Shown: positions 1 to 10,097, counted from the stretch's first letter. The stretch: 64,000 bases of DNA from Lachnospiraceae bacterium (GCA_045590655.1 JAZNRI010000070.1:101100-165099); one strand, 5' to 3'. Numbers and translations are program-made. The notes: generated from the letters alone by a model not told the origin.

Positions 1-92
1 TGCCTGAAATTATTCATAAACTTGATGCAATGCCCATGAACGCAAACGGCAAGATTGACAGGGTATTGTTGAAGGAGAAGTATGGTAAGTAA
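1..92 (+). CDS. C-terminal fragment of an AMP-binding/adenylation enzyme (DltA/NRPS A-domain-like), 5' truncated by window edge
   Basis: My translation from nt 3 is PEIIHKLDAMPMNANGKIDRVLLKEKYGK*. NGKIDR matches the A10 core motif (NGKxDR) of ANL adenylating enzymes. Stop at 90-92 overlaps the next ATG at 82. Confidence 0.8.
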   Translation, partial: PEIIHKLDAMPMNANGKIDRVLLKEKYGK

Positions 93-951
93 GTATAGGT
101 ATTCTAAGGTATTTATCATTGGCTCGGGGCAATTGGCATACGATTGTGCTGAAATAGTAAAAAAATATCTATCTAATGTTAAAGTATTTGAATTAAAAGT
201 GACGGAAAGCACCGTTTTAGAAAAATTATGTGATAAGAACGCAATATCTTATCAAAGTGTAACGTCAAAGGGTTTGACGGAAACTTTGTTGGAGGAAGAT
301 GAAGATACTTTGATTATTAGCGCGGCCAGTATCTACCTTGTGCCAAAGCCAGTGATTGAAAAAAAGAATTATTTGATTATTAATTGGCATAACGCATTAT
401 TGCCTGCACATAAGGGACGGAATGCGGAAGTTTGGGCAATATATTGCGGCGACAAGGTGACAGGTGTAACCTGGCATGTGATCACGGAAGATATAGATGC
501 AGGGGAAATTATCTGTCAAAGAGAAATACAAATAAGTGATAAAACTACGGCAATGTCATTGTATCGGGAGCAGGTTTTGTTAGGAAAAGCATTGTTTACT
601 GAATTCTGCGAGGATTTGCTTAAGGGCCGATGCAAAACGGTAAAACAGAAAGAAAGTGTGGCATCGCAAATGCATTTTTCCAAAGATATACCGAATAACG
701 GTATGATAGACTGGGATTGGGATATATCGGGAATTTCACGATTTTTGCGGGCTATGGATTATGGCAGTCTCCTCTTGATGGGAAAGATGAGAGTGAAGTA
801 TGGTGATATACAATATGATTTTTACCGATACAGCATTAAACAAGCGGAAGAGTATGTTGAAGCAAGAGTTATTACCTTTGAAGAGGGAAAACTTATTATA
901 AAAGAGGAAAATAAAATAATAACATTAAAAGGATTACAGGAGATAGAGTAA
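82..951 (+). CDS. N-formyltransferase (Fmt/sugar-formyltransferase fold)
   Basis: INWHNALLPAHKG (N-x-H, HxxLLP), GVTWH..EDIDAG with the catalytic Asp, and C-terminal GMIDWDW..I.RFLRA. Confidence 0.85.
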   Translation: MVSKYRYSKVFIIGSGQLAYDCAEIVKKYLSNVKVFELKVTESTVLEKLCDKNAISYQSVTSKGLTETLLEEDEDTLIISAASIYLVPKPVIEKKNYLIINWHNALLPAHKGRNAEVWAIYCGDKVTGVTWHVITEDIDAGEIICQREIQISDKTTAMSLYREQVLLGKALFTEFCEDLLKGRCKTVKQKESVASQMHFSKDIPNNGMIDWDWDISGISRFLRAMDYGSLLLMGKMRVKYGDIQYDFYRYSIKQAEEYVEARVITFEEGKLIIKEENKIITLKGLQEIE

Positions 952-1169
952 TGGACATTTTAGCAATATTAAAAGATTTAAAAGATGATGTGGATTTTGA
1001 AAGTGCAAATGACTTTGTAGAAGAAGGGTTGCTTGATTCTTTTGACATCGTGAATTTGGTCGGAGCATTGGAAGATGAGCTTGACATTGAAATCAGCGGA
1101 AGAGATATTGTGCCTGATAATTTCGTTTCTGTTGAAGCAATTGAGAATATGTTAGAAAAGTATAGGTAA
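951..1169 (+). CDS. Acyl/aminoacyl carrier protein (DltC-like)
   Basis: 72 aa, acidic, GLLDSFDIV phosphopantetheine Ser motif, PDNFVSV C-terminus. TAATG stop/start overlap with the formyltransferase. Confidence 0.85.
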   Translation: MDILAILKDLKDDVDFESANDFVEEGLLDSFDIVNLVGALEDELDIEISGRDIVPDNFVSVEAIENMLEKYR

Positions 1170-1173
1170 AAAT

Positions 1174-1962
1174 ATGAAGCAATATATCTCTTATCAAAAC
1201 ATTCTTGATAATTTGGATGAAATACGTAACGGCGACATTGTATATGTGGTTTCGGACATACTGGCTTTGTCCGTGCAAGCCCGTGAAAATGGAGAGCGGA
1301 TGAATCTTGACCATTTTATTGACAGTATTATTGGTAAAGCCGGTCCGGAGGGTACGGTCTTAATCCCTGTATTCAATTGGGACTTTTGTAAAGGAGTAAC
1401 CTTTGATATTCGAAAGACAGTATCCAGAACGGGAGCGCTGGGGAATGCCGCATTAAAAAGAGCGGATTTTAAAAGAAGTAAACATCCGCTGTATTCTTTT
1501 ATGATATGGGGAAAGGACCGGGACATGCTAACGGAAATGGATCCTAAAGATGCTTTTGGCGCGGATTCCGTATTCGGTTATTTGCATCGTAATAAGGCCA
1601 AGGCCTTGGTGATTGGTTTGCCTACATTATCAGGCCTTACATTTATTCATTACGTGGAGCAAATGGTAGGTGTTCCTTACCGATATTCAAAGGATTTTAC
1701 AGCCGGATATATTGATGAGGAGGGAAACGAAAGTCAAAAGACTTATTCGATGTATGTAAGAGATCTGGATATGGATCCAAGACATATCGATGGTTTTCGG
1801 CCTTTAGGTGACATTTTGGAGGATAGGGGTGTTTCGGTTACGTATCGTATGAATGATGTAGAGTTTCATATTGTAGATCTGGCTGAAATGTATGCTGTTA
1901 CAAAAGAGGATATTGTAAACAACGATTCGAAGAATATGTATCATTATAACCATTTGAGCTAG
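1174..1962 (+). CDS. AAC(3)/YokD-family N-acyltransferase
   Basis: GTVLIPVF, RSKHPLYSF..WG, FGADSVF, TFIHYVE and VPYRY match aminoglycoside 3-N-acetyltransferase family blocks. Confidence 0.8.
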   Translation: MKQYISYQNILDNLDEIRNGDIVYVVSDILALSVQARENGERMNLDHFIDSIIGKAGPEGTVLIPVFNWDFCKGVTFDIRKTVSRTGALGNAALKRADFKRSKHPLYSFMIWGKDRDMLTEMDPKDAFGADSVFGYLHRNKAKALVIGLPTLSGLTFIHYVEQMVGVPYRYSKDFTAGYIDEEGNESQKTYSMYVRDLDMDPRHIDGFRPLGDILEDRGVSVTYRMNDVEFHIVDLAEMYAVTKEDIVNNDSKNMYHYNHLS

Positions 1963-2015
1963 GAAAATTGTGTTGATATTGCAAAGAATGGACATCGTCA
2001 ATCAGGGCAGAATGA

Positions 2016-2044
2016 TTGAATTGGAGAATTAAAAATGTTATAAT
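2016..2044 (+). promoter_or_regulatory. sigmaA promoter for the polysaccharide operon
   Basis: TTGAAT (2016-2021), 17 nt, TATAAT (2039-2044), with extended -10 TG at 2036-2037. Confidence 0.7.
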
Positions 2045-2122
2045 TATAAGAATAAGCTTTTGACTTGTATTGTTGTATATACAGTATTGATAAATTTGTT
2101 TGAGGAAAGGACTTGAACACAG

Positions 2123-3541
2123 ATGAAACGAATGGAATCTGTAAAGCGTTTGGTTGTACTTCAGCTTACTTCGATAAGTTTGATTGTGCAAATTATAGCA
2201 TATGCTTTTATTTGGTATAAATTTTATAAAATAAATGTTGTGTCTGAATTTTATATCAAAGGTGACTTGCTTGTAATTGCCTTGTATACAATTTTACTTC
2301 TGTTTTTTTATTCCACATACGGGGGAACCAAAATCGGTTACTTAAAGCCGTTTGATGTATATTTGTCACAAACATTTTCAACTTTGATGGCAAATGCAAT
2401 TGCATACGCTATTTTGTCATTGATGAATTCCGGTTTGGTTGAACCAAAAGCCATATTGGTTATGACGGCCGCTCAATTGATTTTTAATTTGATATGGGTA
2501 TTTGTTAGTGATGCTTTTTATAAAATGGTATTTCCTCCCAGAGAGTTGTTGCTTGTACACGGAGAACGTTCCATTGAGGATATTTTATTTAAATTCAGCA
2601 CCCGAAAAGATCGCTATGTGATTTCCAAATGCATGAATATCAGTGAAGGACATAAAGCAATCCAGGACGAAGTCTTGGAACGTTATGCCGGAATTGTTTT
2701 GTGGGATATTCCTACTGCAGACCGTAATGAGTTGATGAAGTTTTGTTATAAGCACTCTATTCGAGTGTATATGATGCCCAAAATCCCTGATGTTATTGTT
2801 ATGGGATGTGAAAAGATGCATTTGTTTGATACGCCTATTTTCTTAACAAGAGAGTATGCATTGCGTATTGAACAGAGGTTTATTAAGCGCACCATTGACT
2901 TGGTTTGTGCAATTATTCTTGTGATTATTACATCTCCGATTATGTTGATTACGGCATTGATTATTAAGTTATCGGATGGTGGTCCTGTCTTTTATAAGCA
3001 GGTGCGTTGCACATTGAACGATAAGGAATTTCATATTATTAAATTTAGGAGTATGCGTGTGGATGCTGAGAAGGATGGCGTGGCAAGATTGGCCGCTAAA
3101 GGAGATCCGCGAATTACTCCTTTTGGTCGTTTTATAAGAACTGTAAGAATTGATGAACTTCCGCAACTTTTTAATATTATTAAGGGCGATATGTCTTTTA
3201 TAGGACCGAGGCCGGAGCGCCCGGAAATCATTGCGCAGTATATGGAAGACATGCCGGAATTTGCCTTTAGAACTAAAGTAAAAGCAGGGCTTGCCGGATA
3301 TGCGCAGGTGTACGGAAAATATAATACGACCCCCTATGATAAGCTTAAATTGGATTTAACATACATTGAAAATTATTCAGTTTGGTTAGATATAAAGCTG
3401 ATGCTGTTGACGTTAAAAGTATTGATTACGCCGGATAGTACAGAGGGCGTAGACAAAGAACAAAAAACAGCATTAAAGAACAGTGCATCCGGTAATGAAG
3501 ATGTAAAACAAGATGTAAGTGATACGGAAGCAGTAGAATAG
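2123..3541 (+). CDS. Priming polyprenyl-phosphate hexose-1-phosphate transferase (WcaJ/CpsE family)
   Basis: N-terminal TM helices; KRTIDL, FYKQVR, KFRSM, RIDELPQLFNI.KGDMSFIGPRPERP. Confidence 0.92.
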   Translation: MKRMESVKRLVVLQLTSISLIVQIIAYAFIWYKFYKINVVSEFYIKGDLLVIALYTILLLFFYSTYGGTKIGYLKPFDVYLSQTFSTLMANAIAYAILSLMNSGLVEPKAILVMTAAQLIFNLIWVFVSDAFYKMVFPPRELLLVHGERSIEDILFKFSTRKDRYVISKCMNISEGHKAIQDEVLERYAGIVLWDIPTADRNELMKFCYKHSIRVYMMPKIPDVIVMGCEKMHLFDTPIFLTREYALRIEQRFIKRTIDLVCAIILVIITSPIMLITALIIKLSDGGPVFYKQVRCTLNDKEFHIIKFRSMRVDAEKDGVARLAAKGDPRITPFGRFIRTVRIDELPQLFNIIKGDMSFIGPRPERPEIIAQYMEDMPEFAFRTKVKAGLAGYAQVYGKYNTTPYDKLKLDLTYIENYSVWLDIKLMLLTLKVLITPDSTEGVDKEQKTALKNSASGNEDVKQDVSDTEAVE

Positions 3542-3562
3542 ACAGAAAGGAAGATGTAGCGA

Positions 3563-4828
3563 ATGAAAGAAAAAAAGTTTTTTTCCTGCAATTACGGCAA
3601 TGAACCGGCGGATTTGAAACTTTTATTAATATATTTTTTGAAACATATTCGTTTCGTGGCGTATTTTATAATTTTGGGAGCGCTGCTTTTTGCTTCTGCG
3701 TATTATTTAAAAACTTTTGTTTTTGTGGAAGAGCATCAATATGTGGCAACTTCCGAGTTGTACCTGGTATATGCGGACGATGTTCGTTTGGATAATGTGT
3801 ATATTAATGACCATACATGGCAGACTTTGGTGCATACGGATAAAGCAATTGATTTTGCCATGGAGTATATAGATGATGCGTCTGTGACAGAAGAATACCT
3901 AAAAGAGGCCGTGACTGCAGGCTTGGTATCAGATGTTCGTTTTGTAACTTTGAAAGTAACCACGGATAATCCGGAGTTATCAATTGAAATTGCGCAGGCA
4001 TATCAAATTGCAATCAAGAATCTTGGCGAAGAAATGGTGGATATTGAAACAATATCTGTTTTTACGGATGCAGATTCGGCAACGGAAATTGTTTCAGATA
4101 ATCGTACGATTCGTATGGCTGTGACAGGCGCGGTGATTGGCGCTTTGGTTGCAATACTGGGAATTATTTTACAGTACGTCTTTGATGATTCGATTTATGT
4201 TGCAAATCAGTTTGAACAAAGATATGGAATACCGGTAATTGGTGTGTGTCTTCGTACGAAAACAAACAATATTGCAAATGAAACTCTGATTGGACAAAAG
4301 TCCGCAGAGAACGGATACAGACTGTGGGGAAGACAGGCGATAAAGCTTAACTATAAAGCTTTTACTTCAGGATGCAATTATATTGTGGCGGTAGATACTG
4401 CGATCAAAACACAGAACGAATTACCCTTTGAATTGTTAAGAGATGCCAAAATGAAGTTGGAGCAGGATGAACTTTTAGCAATTGCAATGGGAGAAAAAAA
4501 GGATGAAGAAGCATTCTTTTCATCTTCTGACTATGTATTATCAAAAGTTTTATCTGTGAACGAGGATGCAGATGTTGCGGAAGAATGCGCAAAAGCTGAT
4601 GGTGTGATATTGCTCGTTCAAATGGGGGCCCACAACGGAAAACTTTTGGAGCGGGCGTTGGATTTTCTTGTTAAGCAGCAGTGTAACATTGTAGGTGCAT
4701 TATTGTATGATGGCGATCCTGTTTTACTGAAAATGTATTATTTAGAAGCCTTACCTTTTGGCAGCAAAAATGATAAACAGTATGCGGAAGAAGAAAACGA
4801 TACGTTTAAGAGTGATAGTCTCTTTTAA
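3563..4828 (+). CDS. Chain-length determinant (Wzz/CpsC) fused to a degenerate CpsD/tyrosine-kinase-like domain
   Basis: TM1-loop-TM2 with VTLKVTTDNPELSIEIA and FDDSI..FEQRYGIPVIG. The tail ADGVILLV..ALDFL..NIVGALL resembles the CpsD C-terminus. No Walker A seen. Confidence 0.7.
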   Translation: MKEKKFFSCNYGNEPADLKLLLIYFLKHIRFVAYFIILGALLFASAYYLKTFVFVEEHQYVATSELYLVYADDVRLDNVYINDHTWQTLVHTDKAIDFAMEYIDDASVTEEYLKEAVTAGLVSDVRFVTLKVTTDNPELSIEIAQAYQIAIKNLGEEMVDIETISVFTDADSATEIVSDNRTIRMAVTGAVIGALVAILGIILQYVFDDSIYVANQFEQRYGIPVIGVCLRTKTNNIANETLIGQKSAENGYRLWGRQAIKLNYKAFTSGCNYIVAVDTAIKTQNELPFELLRDAKMKLEQDELLAIAMGEKKDEEAFFSSSDYVLSKVLSVNEDADVAEECAKADGVILLVQMGAHNGKLLERALDFLVKQQCNIVGALLYDGDPVLLKMYYLEALPFGSKNDKQYAEEENDTFKSDSLF

Positions 4829-4840
4829 GGGGAATGCGGA

Positions 4841-5629
4841 ATGCAATTGGAAGTGTTGATTTCGGCAGTTAATCAGAAACCTGCCGAATTGATAAAAAAA
4901 ATGAATTTGGAATGTGACGGAGTTCTAGTTAATCAGTGCGATTACGATGGGGAAGAAACAATCGCAGCAGGAGAGAATACGGTTAGAATTTTCCACAGAA
5001 AAGAAAGAGGGGTAGGAAAAAGCAGAAATCTTGCCCTTAAACAATCGCAGCAGGATATTTTGTTGTTTTCTGATGAAGATATTGTATATTTTCCGGGATA
5101 TGCCGAACAAATCAAAAATGAATTTTCACAACATCCAGAAGCGGATATGATTATGTTTAATGTAGAGGTGTGTCCGGAACGCAAAACATATTGGAATGAT
5201 GGATTTTTCAAGGTTAAATGGTATAGTTGCGGACGATATCCTGCCTACAGTATTGCGGTAAAGAGAGCAGCTCTGTTAAAAAGCAAGGTAGTCTATTCTG
5301 AATTGTTTGGAGGCGGAGCCAAATACAGTAACGGTGAAGACAGTTTGTTTTTGAAGCAATGTGCGGATGCAGGAATCAGAATGTATGCTACACAGAGTGT
5401 TATCGGAAAAGAGGAACCCAGGGAATCTACATGGTTTAAAGGATTTACAGAAAAGTTCTTTTTTGATAGAGGTGTCCTTTTCTATTTTCTGTATGGGCAT
5501 ATGGCATGGATATGGGCATTGCGGTTTGTCTTAGTTAAAAAAGAGATGTTTCAGGGAGATATTAACAGAAAGCAAGCTTACCGATTAATAATGTCCGGAG
5601 TCAGACAAGGTAAGAAAGAAAAGATATAA
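4841..5629 (+). CDS. Glycosyltransferase family 2
   Basis: GVGKSRNLAL, DILLFSDED, GED. Confidence 0.85.
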   Translation: MQLEVLISAVNQKPAELIKKMNLECDGVLVNQCDYDGEETIAAGENTVRIFHRKERGVGKSRNLALKQSQQDILLFSDEDIVYFPGYAEQIKNEFSQHPEADMIMFNVEVCPERKTYWNDGFFKVKWYSCGRYPAYSIAVKRAALLKSKVVYSELFGGGAKYSNGEDSLFLKQCADAGIRMYATQSVIGKEEPRESTWFKGFTEKFFFDRGVLFYFLYGHMAWIWALRFVLVKKEMFQGDINRKQAYRLIMSGVRQGKKEKI

Positions 5630-5647
5630 AACGGAAAGGAGAACGAT

Positions 5648-6748
5648 ATGGCTGTTTATATTATTTTGGCAGTGGTTACATGCTTTTTGGCAATGACAGT
5701 TGAACAGAATAACCATATAGCTGTATCGGACAATCAGGTTCCGGTTCTAATGAATGCGTCGCGGCAACAAATAAAGAACAAGGCAATTCTGATTTTTATA
5801 TTTCTCGCATTGTTTGGTGTTTCGGCGTGCCGTATAGCAATAGGACACGATTACTGGGAGTATACGGAAATTTTTAGCCTTATACACCAGGGAAGACACG
5901 TTTCGACGGAATTTGGTTTTAATTGGTTGGTTAGAATTTGTCATTTTATTTTCGGACCGGAAAACTATTTTCCTATTTTCGCCATTGTTGCTTTTGCGAC
6001 TATATTTTTCTTTTTAAAGGCCTTGTGTGATCAGTCAGAATATTTTGGAATGTCATTCTTTTTGTTTATGGCATTTGGATATTATTTATCCAGTTTTAAT
6101 TCTATCCGATATTATCTGGTGCTGGCAGTAGCCCTTTATTCGGTTAAATTTATTATAAAAAAGCAGTATGCAAACTTTGTATTGTGTATATTGTTGGCAG
6201 CACCTTTTCATATGGCAGTTTTGTTTGTACTTTTGGCATATCCGCTGGCGTTGCTTAAATGGAATAAATGGAATGTACCGATTGTGGGGATTTTAGTTGC
6301 ATCCCTTTTGATATTTCCTCAGTTTTACAGGAAGTTGATTTTTATTTTTTATCCGTTTTATGAAAATTCAATTTATGATACCGGCGATACATCAATTGTA
6401 AATATAGCAAGATGTGTCGGGGTGTTGGTATTTTCACTGATATATTATAAATGTGCATTAAAAGATAATCGGCGAAATATGTTTTATTTTAATTTGAATG
6501 TAGAAGCTTTGATTGTATACTCTTGTTGCTCATTCATTCCTGTTGTTTCGCGTATTGGTTTCTTTTTAAATATTTTTCAGATTTTATTGATTCCGTCAGT
6601 GATTCGTTCCATACCGAAAAAGTGGCAGAGAATATTCTTTACCGTGGCGGTTTTGGTAGCAGGGATCGGATATTATATCTTCTTCTTGCATTCCTGCAAA
6701 GACGATGGTACGCGTATTGTGCCATATTTAAATTGGATTTTAAATTAA
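5648..6748 (+). CDS. EpsG-family (Wzy-like) polysaccharide polymerase
   Basis: Polytopic; R..IGHDYWEY, EFGF, SFNSIRYYL, FHMAV, SRIGFF. Confidence 0.8.
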   Translation: MAVYIILAVVTCFLAMTVEQNNHIAVSDNQVPVLMNASRQQIKNKAILIFIFLALFGVSACRIAIGHDYWEYTEIFSLIHQGRHVSTEFGFNWLVRICHFIFGPENYFPIFAIVAFATIFFFLKALCDQSEYFGMSFFLFMAFGYYLSSFNSIRYYLVLAVALYSVKFIIKKQYANFVLCILLAAPFHMAVLFVLLAYPLALLKWNKWNVPIVGILVASLLIFPQFYRKLIFIFYPFYENSIYDTGDTSIVNIARCVGVLVFSLIYYKCALKDNRRNMFYFNLNVEALIVYSCCSFIPVVSRIGFFLNIFQILLIPSVIRSIPKKWQRIFFTVAVLVAGIGYYIFFLHSCKDDGTRIVPYLNWILN

Positions 6749-6763
6749 GAAACAGAGGGTAAT

Positions 6764-7561
6764 ATGGTTCGTTTTTCAGTCATTACGGTAACATACAACG
6801 CCGGTGATAAATTAAAAGAAACCGTAACGGATGTGTTGCGGCAGACATATGATAATTACGAGATTATCATTAAAGACGGTATGTCGACGGACGGCTCTTT
6901 AGAGAACATTCCGGCATCAGATAAAATCAGACTGGAATCCTGTAAAGACCGGGGGATTTACGATGCGATGAATCAGGCAGTGGAACTTGCGCAGGGAGAT
7001 TATATCATCTTTATGAACTGCGGAGATTTCTTTTATGATGAGAATGTTCTTGAGGAATTGGCTGATTGTATTCAAAAGAATCCGGGGCGTGGTATTTATT
7101 ACGGAGATGCATTCTTTTGTCAGAGTAAAGAAATTATCCATATGCCGGGTGAGATTACGGATTTTGTTTGCTTTAGACATATTCCGTGCCATCAGGCATG
7201 CATTTTTGCAACGGAATTATTTAAAGAGCAGGCATTTGATTTACAATATAAAATAAGGGCGGATTATGAGTTCTTTTTGCGTCAGTATTATAAAAAGGGA
7301 ATTCGGCCGTACTATACAGGGCTGGTAATTGCAAATTATGAAGGCGGCGGTTTCTCAGAAACAAAGCAAAACCGTTCGAGAGACAAAAAAGAACATAGAA
7401 TGATTACCTCTATGTACATGCCGAAAGCGAAGCTGTTTGGTTTTCGTTTCATTATGGTTATAACTTTACAGCCGTTACGGCATTGGATTGCACAGAGAAG
7501 TTGTTTTGCAGGGGTTTATGATCGAATTAAAACGATGGTGTATAGAACAAATAAGAAGTAA
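6764..7561 (+). CDS. Glycosyltransferase family 2 (WcaE-like)
   Basis: SVITVTYN, DGMSTDG, GIYDAMNQA, FMNCGD, HQA, ADY. Confidence 0.9.
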   Translation: MVRFSVITVTYNAGDKLKETVTDVLRQTYDNYEIIIKDGMSTDGSLENIPASDKIRLESCKDRGIYDAMNQAVELAQGDYIIFMNCGDFFYDENVLEELADCIQKNPGRGIYYGDAFFCQSKEIIHMPGEITDFVCFRHIPCHQACIFATELFKEQAFDLQYKIRADYEFFLRQYYKKGIRPYYTGLVIANYEGGGFSETKQNRSRDKKEHRMITSMYMPKAKLFGFRFIMVITLQPLRHWIAQRSCFAGVYDRIKTMVYRTNKK

Positions 7562-7587
7562 TGCTTGTCGGAAGGGGTGTATCCTGA

Positions 7588-8907
7588 ATGAGAGTTTTAT
7601 GGGTATGTAACAGATGCCTGCCGGTTGTGGCGGCACATTTGAATATGGACGCGGGAAACAAAGAGGGATGGCTTGCAGGTCTGTCTGAACGTATTCTTGC
7701 GGAAAAAAATGAAGAACTGACATTGGGAGTGTGTTTTCCGACCGGAAAAGAGTTGGCGGATTGGAAGGGCGAATATGAAATAACTGCGTACGGTTTTTAT
7801 GAGGATACGACTCATCCTGAAAATTACGATGAAAAGCTTGAAAACCGTATGCGAGAGATTGTGGATGATTTCAAACCGGATATGGTACATATTTTCGGAA
7901 CGGAATTTCCGCATGCACTTGCAATGGTGAGAGCCTTTAATAAACCGGATAAAACTTTGGTTGGGATACAGGGACTGTGTTTTGTCTGTGCAGATGCATA
8001 TTTGGAAGGATTGCCGGAGAATGTAGTAAAACGATCTACATTGAGAGACTTTTTAAAGAAGGATAGTATCCTTGAGCAACAGAAGAAGTTTTATCGGAGA
8101 GGAGCTTACGAACAAAAGGCCCTTTCTCTTACGGGAAATGTAACGGGACGTACGGACTGGGATTACCATTATACACATCAATGCAACAAAGATGTGAAGT
8201 ATTTCTTTATGAACGAAACCTTAAGGTCGAATTTCTATGAGGGCAGCTGGGATTACAAGCAGTGCGAGAAATATTCCGTATTTGTAAGCCAGGGGGATTA
8301 TCCGATTAAAGGTCTGCATTTTCTTTTGAGAGCAATGAAAGATGTCTTGGAGGAATATCCGGAAACGAAACTTTACGTTGCCGGCAACTGTATTACGGGC
8401 GACGAAGGATTAAAAAATAAAATTAAGATTGCTTCCTATGGCAAATATTTGAACGAACTAATTCAAGAATATAATTTACAGGAACATATTACCTTTCTGG
8501 GGAATTTATCGGCAGAGGAGATGAAACAGAGATATTTAAACAGCAATGTTTTTGTACTTCCTTCCACTATGGAGAATTCACCCAATTCTGTGGGAGAGGC
8601 AATGATTCTTGGCCTGCCGGTTATTGCATCGAATGTCGGAGGTGTGGAAAGTCTGTTGCAGGACGGAAAAGAGGGCATTCTTTATGAATCCGGGAATGTA
8701 AAAGCTTTATCAAACGCGATTATCAAGGTGTTTGACGCTTATGAATACGAAGATGCATCCAGAATGCGTCCGATTCGTGTAAAAGAAGAAGAAATTGAAG
8801 AGATAAGAGCGTATTCGTCAAATGCAAAAAAAAGAGCATTGTCTACGCATAATCCGGATACGAATTATCACAGATTGCTTGAAATCTATGGAGAAATTTG
8901 CAAGTGA
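7588..8907 (+). CDS. Glycosyltransferase family 4
   Basis: KG.HFLLRA, FVLPSTMENSPNSVGEAMILGLPVIASNVGG (EX7E motif). Confidence 0.9.
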   Translation: MRVLWVCNRCLPVVAAHLNMDAGNKEGWLAGLSERILAEKNEELTLGVCFPTGKELADWKGEYEITAYGFYEDTTHPENYDEKLENRMREIVDDFKPDMVHIFGTEFPHALAMVRAFNKPDKTLVGIQGLCFVCADAYLEGLPENVVKRSTLRDFLKKDSILEQQKKFYRRGAYEQKALSLTGNVTGRTDWDYHYTHQCNKDVKYFFMNETLRSNFYEGSWDYKQCEKYSVFVSQGDYPIKGLHFLLRAMKDVLEEYPETKLYVAGNCITGDEGLKNKIKIASYGKYLNELIQEYNLQEHITFLGNLSAEEMKQRYLNSNVFVLPSTMENSPNSVGEAMILGLPVIASNVGGVESLLQDGKEGILYESGNVKALSNAIIKVFDAYEYEDASRMRPIRVKEEEIEEIRAYSSNAKKRALSTHNPDTNYHRLLEIYGEICK

Positions 8908-10082
8908 AAGTAACTTTTGTGTCAAATTACATTAATCATCATCAAATCCCGTTAGCCGAGGTTTTATATAAGAAATGGGGAGATGATTATCATTTTATCC
9001 AAACCGAACCAATGGAGGATGAGCGTGTTCGACAAGGTTGGAGTCTGGATGTGGAAAAAATTCCGTATGTACTGCAGTATCAAAAAGAACCGCAATTATG
9101 CCAAACATTGATTTTGGAAAGTGATATTGTTGTATTTGGCGGATGTGAAGATGAAACCTATATACAAGAGAGGCTGTCGCGGGGGAAAATTGTTTTTCGC
9201 TATATGGAGCGTTTGTACCGTGAAGGTCAGTGGAAGGCAATTTCACCAAGAGGTCTTAAAAAGAAGTATCATGACCATACAAGGTATGCAAATGCACCGG
9301 TGTATTTGTTGTGCGCCGGCGGGTATGTTCCCCATGATTTTGAAATTATCCGTGCCTATCGTGGAAAGCGTTTTCGATGGGGTTATTTTACTAAGTTTGA
9401 AGAAAGCAGTGCAGAAGAAAGAAAGCAGTGGAAATCGGGGGAAGAAATCCGTATTGTTTGGGCCGGTCGTTTTATTGATTGTAAGCAGGCTCAAGACGCG
9501 CTTGCTGCTGTAAAAATACTAAAAGATAAAGGATACAAGTTTTGCCTTACCATGATTGGCGGCGGCGAATTGGAGAATGAACTTCGGGAATATGTACAGG
9601 AATGCCGGCTGGATTCATATGTGGAGTTTGTGGGATTTTGCAAGCCTGAAGAAGTAAGGGAATATATGAAGAAATCCCATATATACCTTTTTACCAGTGA
9701 TTACAGGGAAGGCTGGGGCGCTGTAGTGAACGAAGCCATGAACAGTGGTTGTGCGGTGGTATGCAGTCATGCGGTAGGTGCGGCTCCGTTTTTAATCCGA
9801 CATAATAGTAACGGATTGATTTATAAGAGCAGAAATATAAAAGAATTAGCAGAACGGATTGAGTATCTGATGCAGAATAAAGAGATTCGGCAACAAATGG
9901 GAGAAGCTGCATACGAAACCATTAAAAAGGAATGGAATCCTCAAAATGCAGGAAATGCACTGATTGCTCTTTTTGAAGAAGCGCTGAACGGAAGAATTTC
10001 ATTCCGTAAGGAAGGGCCGTTAAGCGAAGCACCTATGATTAAACAGAGCAAAATGTACCGGTATTTGGTTGAGAATAAATAA
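8898..10082 (+). CDS. Glycosyltransferase family 4
   Basis: WAGRFIDCK, EGWGAVVNEAMNSG (EX7E). Start overlaps the previous gene. Confidence 0.9.
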   Translation: MQVKVTFVSNYINHHQIPLAEVLYKKWGDDYHFIQTEPMEDERVRQGWSLDVEKIPYVLQYQKEPQLCQTLILESDIVVFGGCEDETYIQERLSRGKIVFRYMERLYREGQWKAISPRGLKKKYHDHTRYANAPVYLLCAGGYVPHDFEIIRAYRGKRFRWGYFTKFEESSAEERKQWKSGEEIRIVWAGRFIDCKQAQDALAAVKILKDKGYKFCLTMIGGGELENELREYVQECRLDSYVEFVGFCKPEEVREYMKKSHIYLFTSDYREGWGAVVNEAMNSGCAVVCSHAVGAAPFLIRHNSNGLIYKSRNIKELAERIEYLMQNKEIRQQMGEAAYETIKKEWNPQNAGNALIALFEEALNGRISFRKEGPLSEAPMIKQSKMYRYLVENK

Positions 10083-10097
10083 AATAACAGGTGTAAA

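Noticed and set aside
1174-1962. Aminoglycoside resistance gene call for the AAC(3)-family ORF
   Set aside because: It is coupled to carrier, formyltransferase and adenylation genes, with no mobile-element context. The family includes biosynthetic members.
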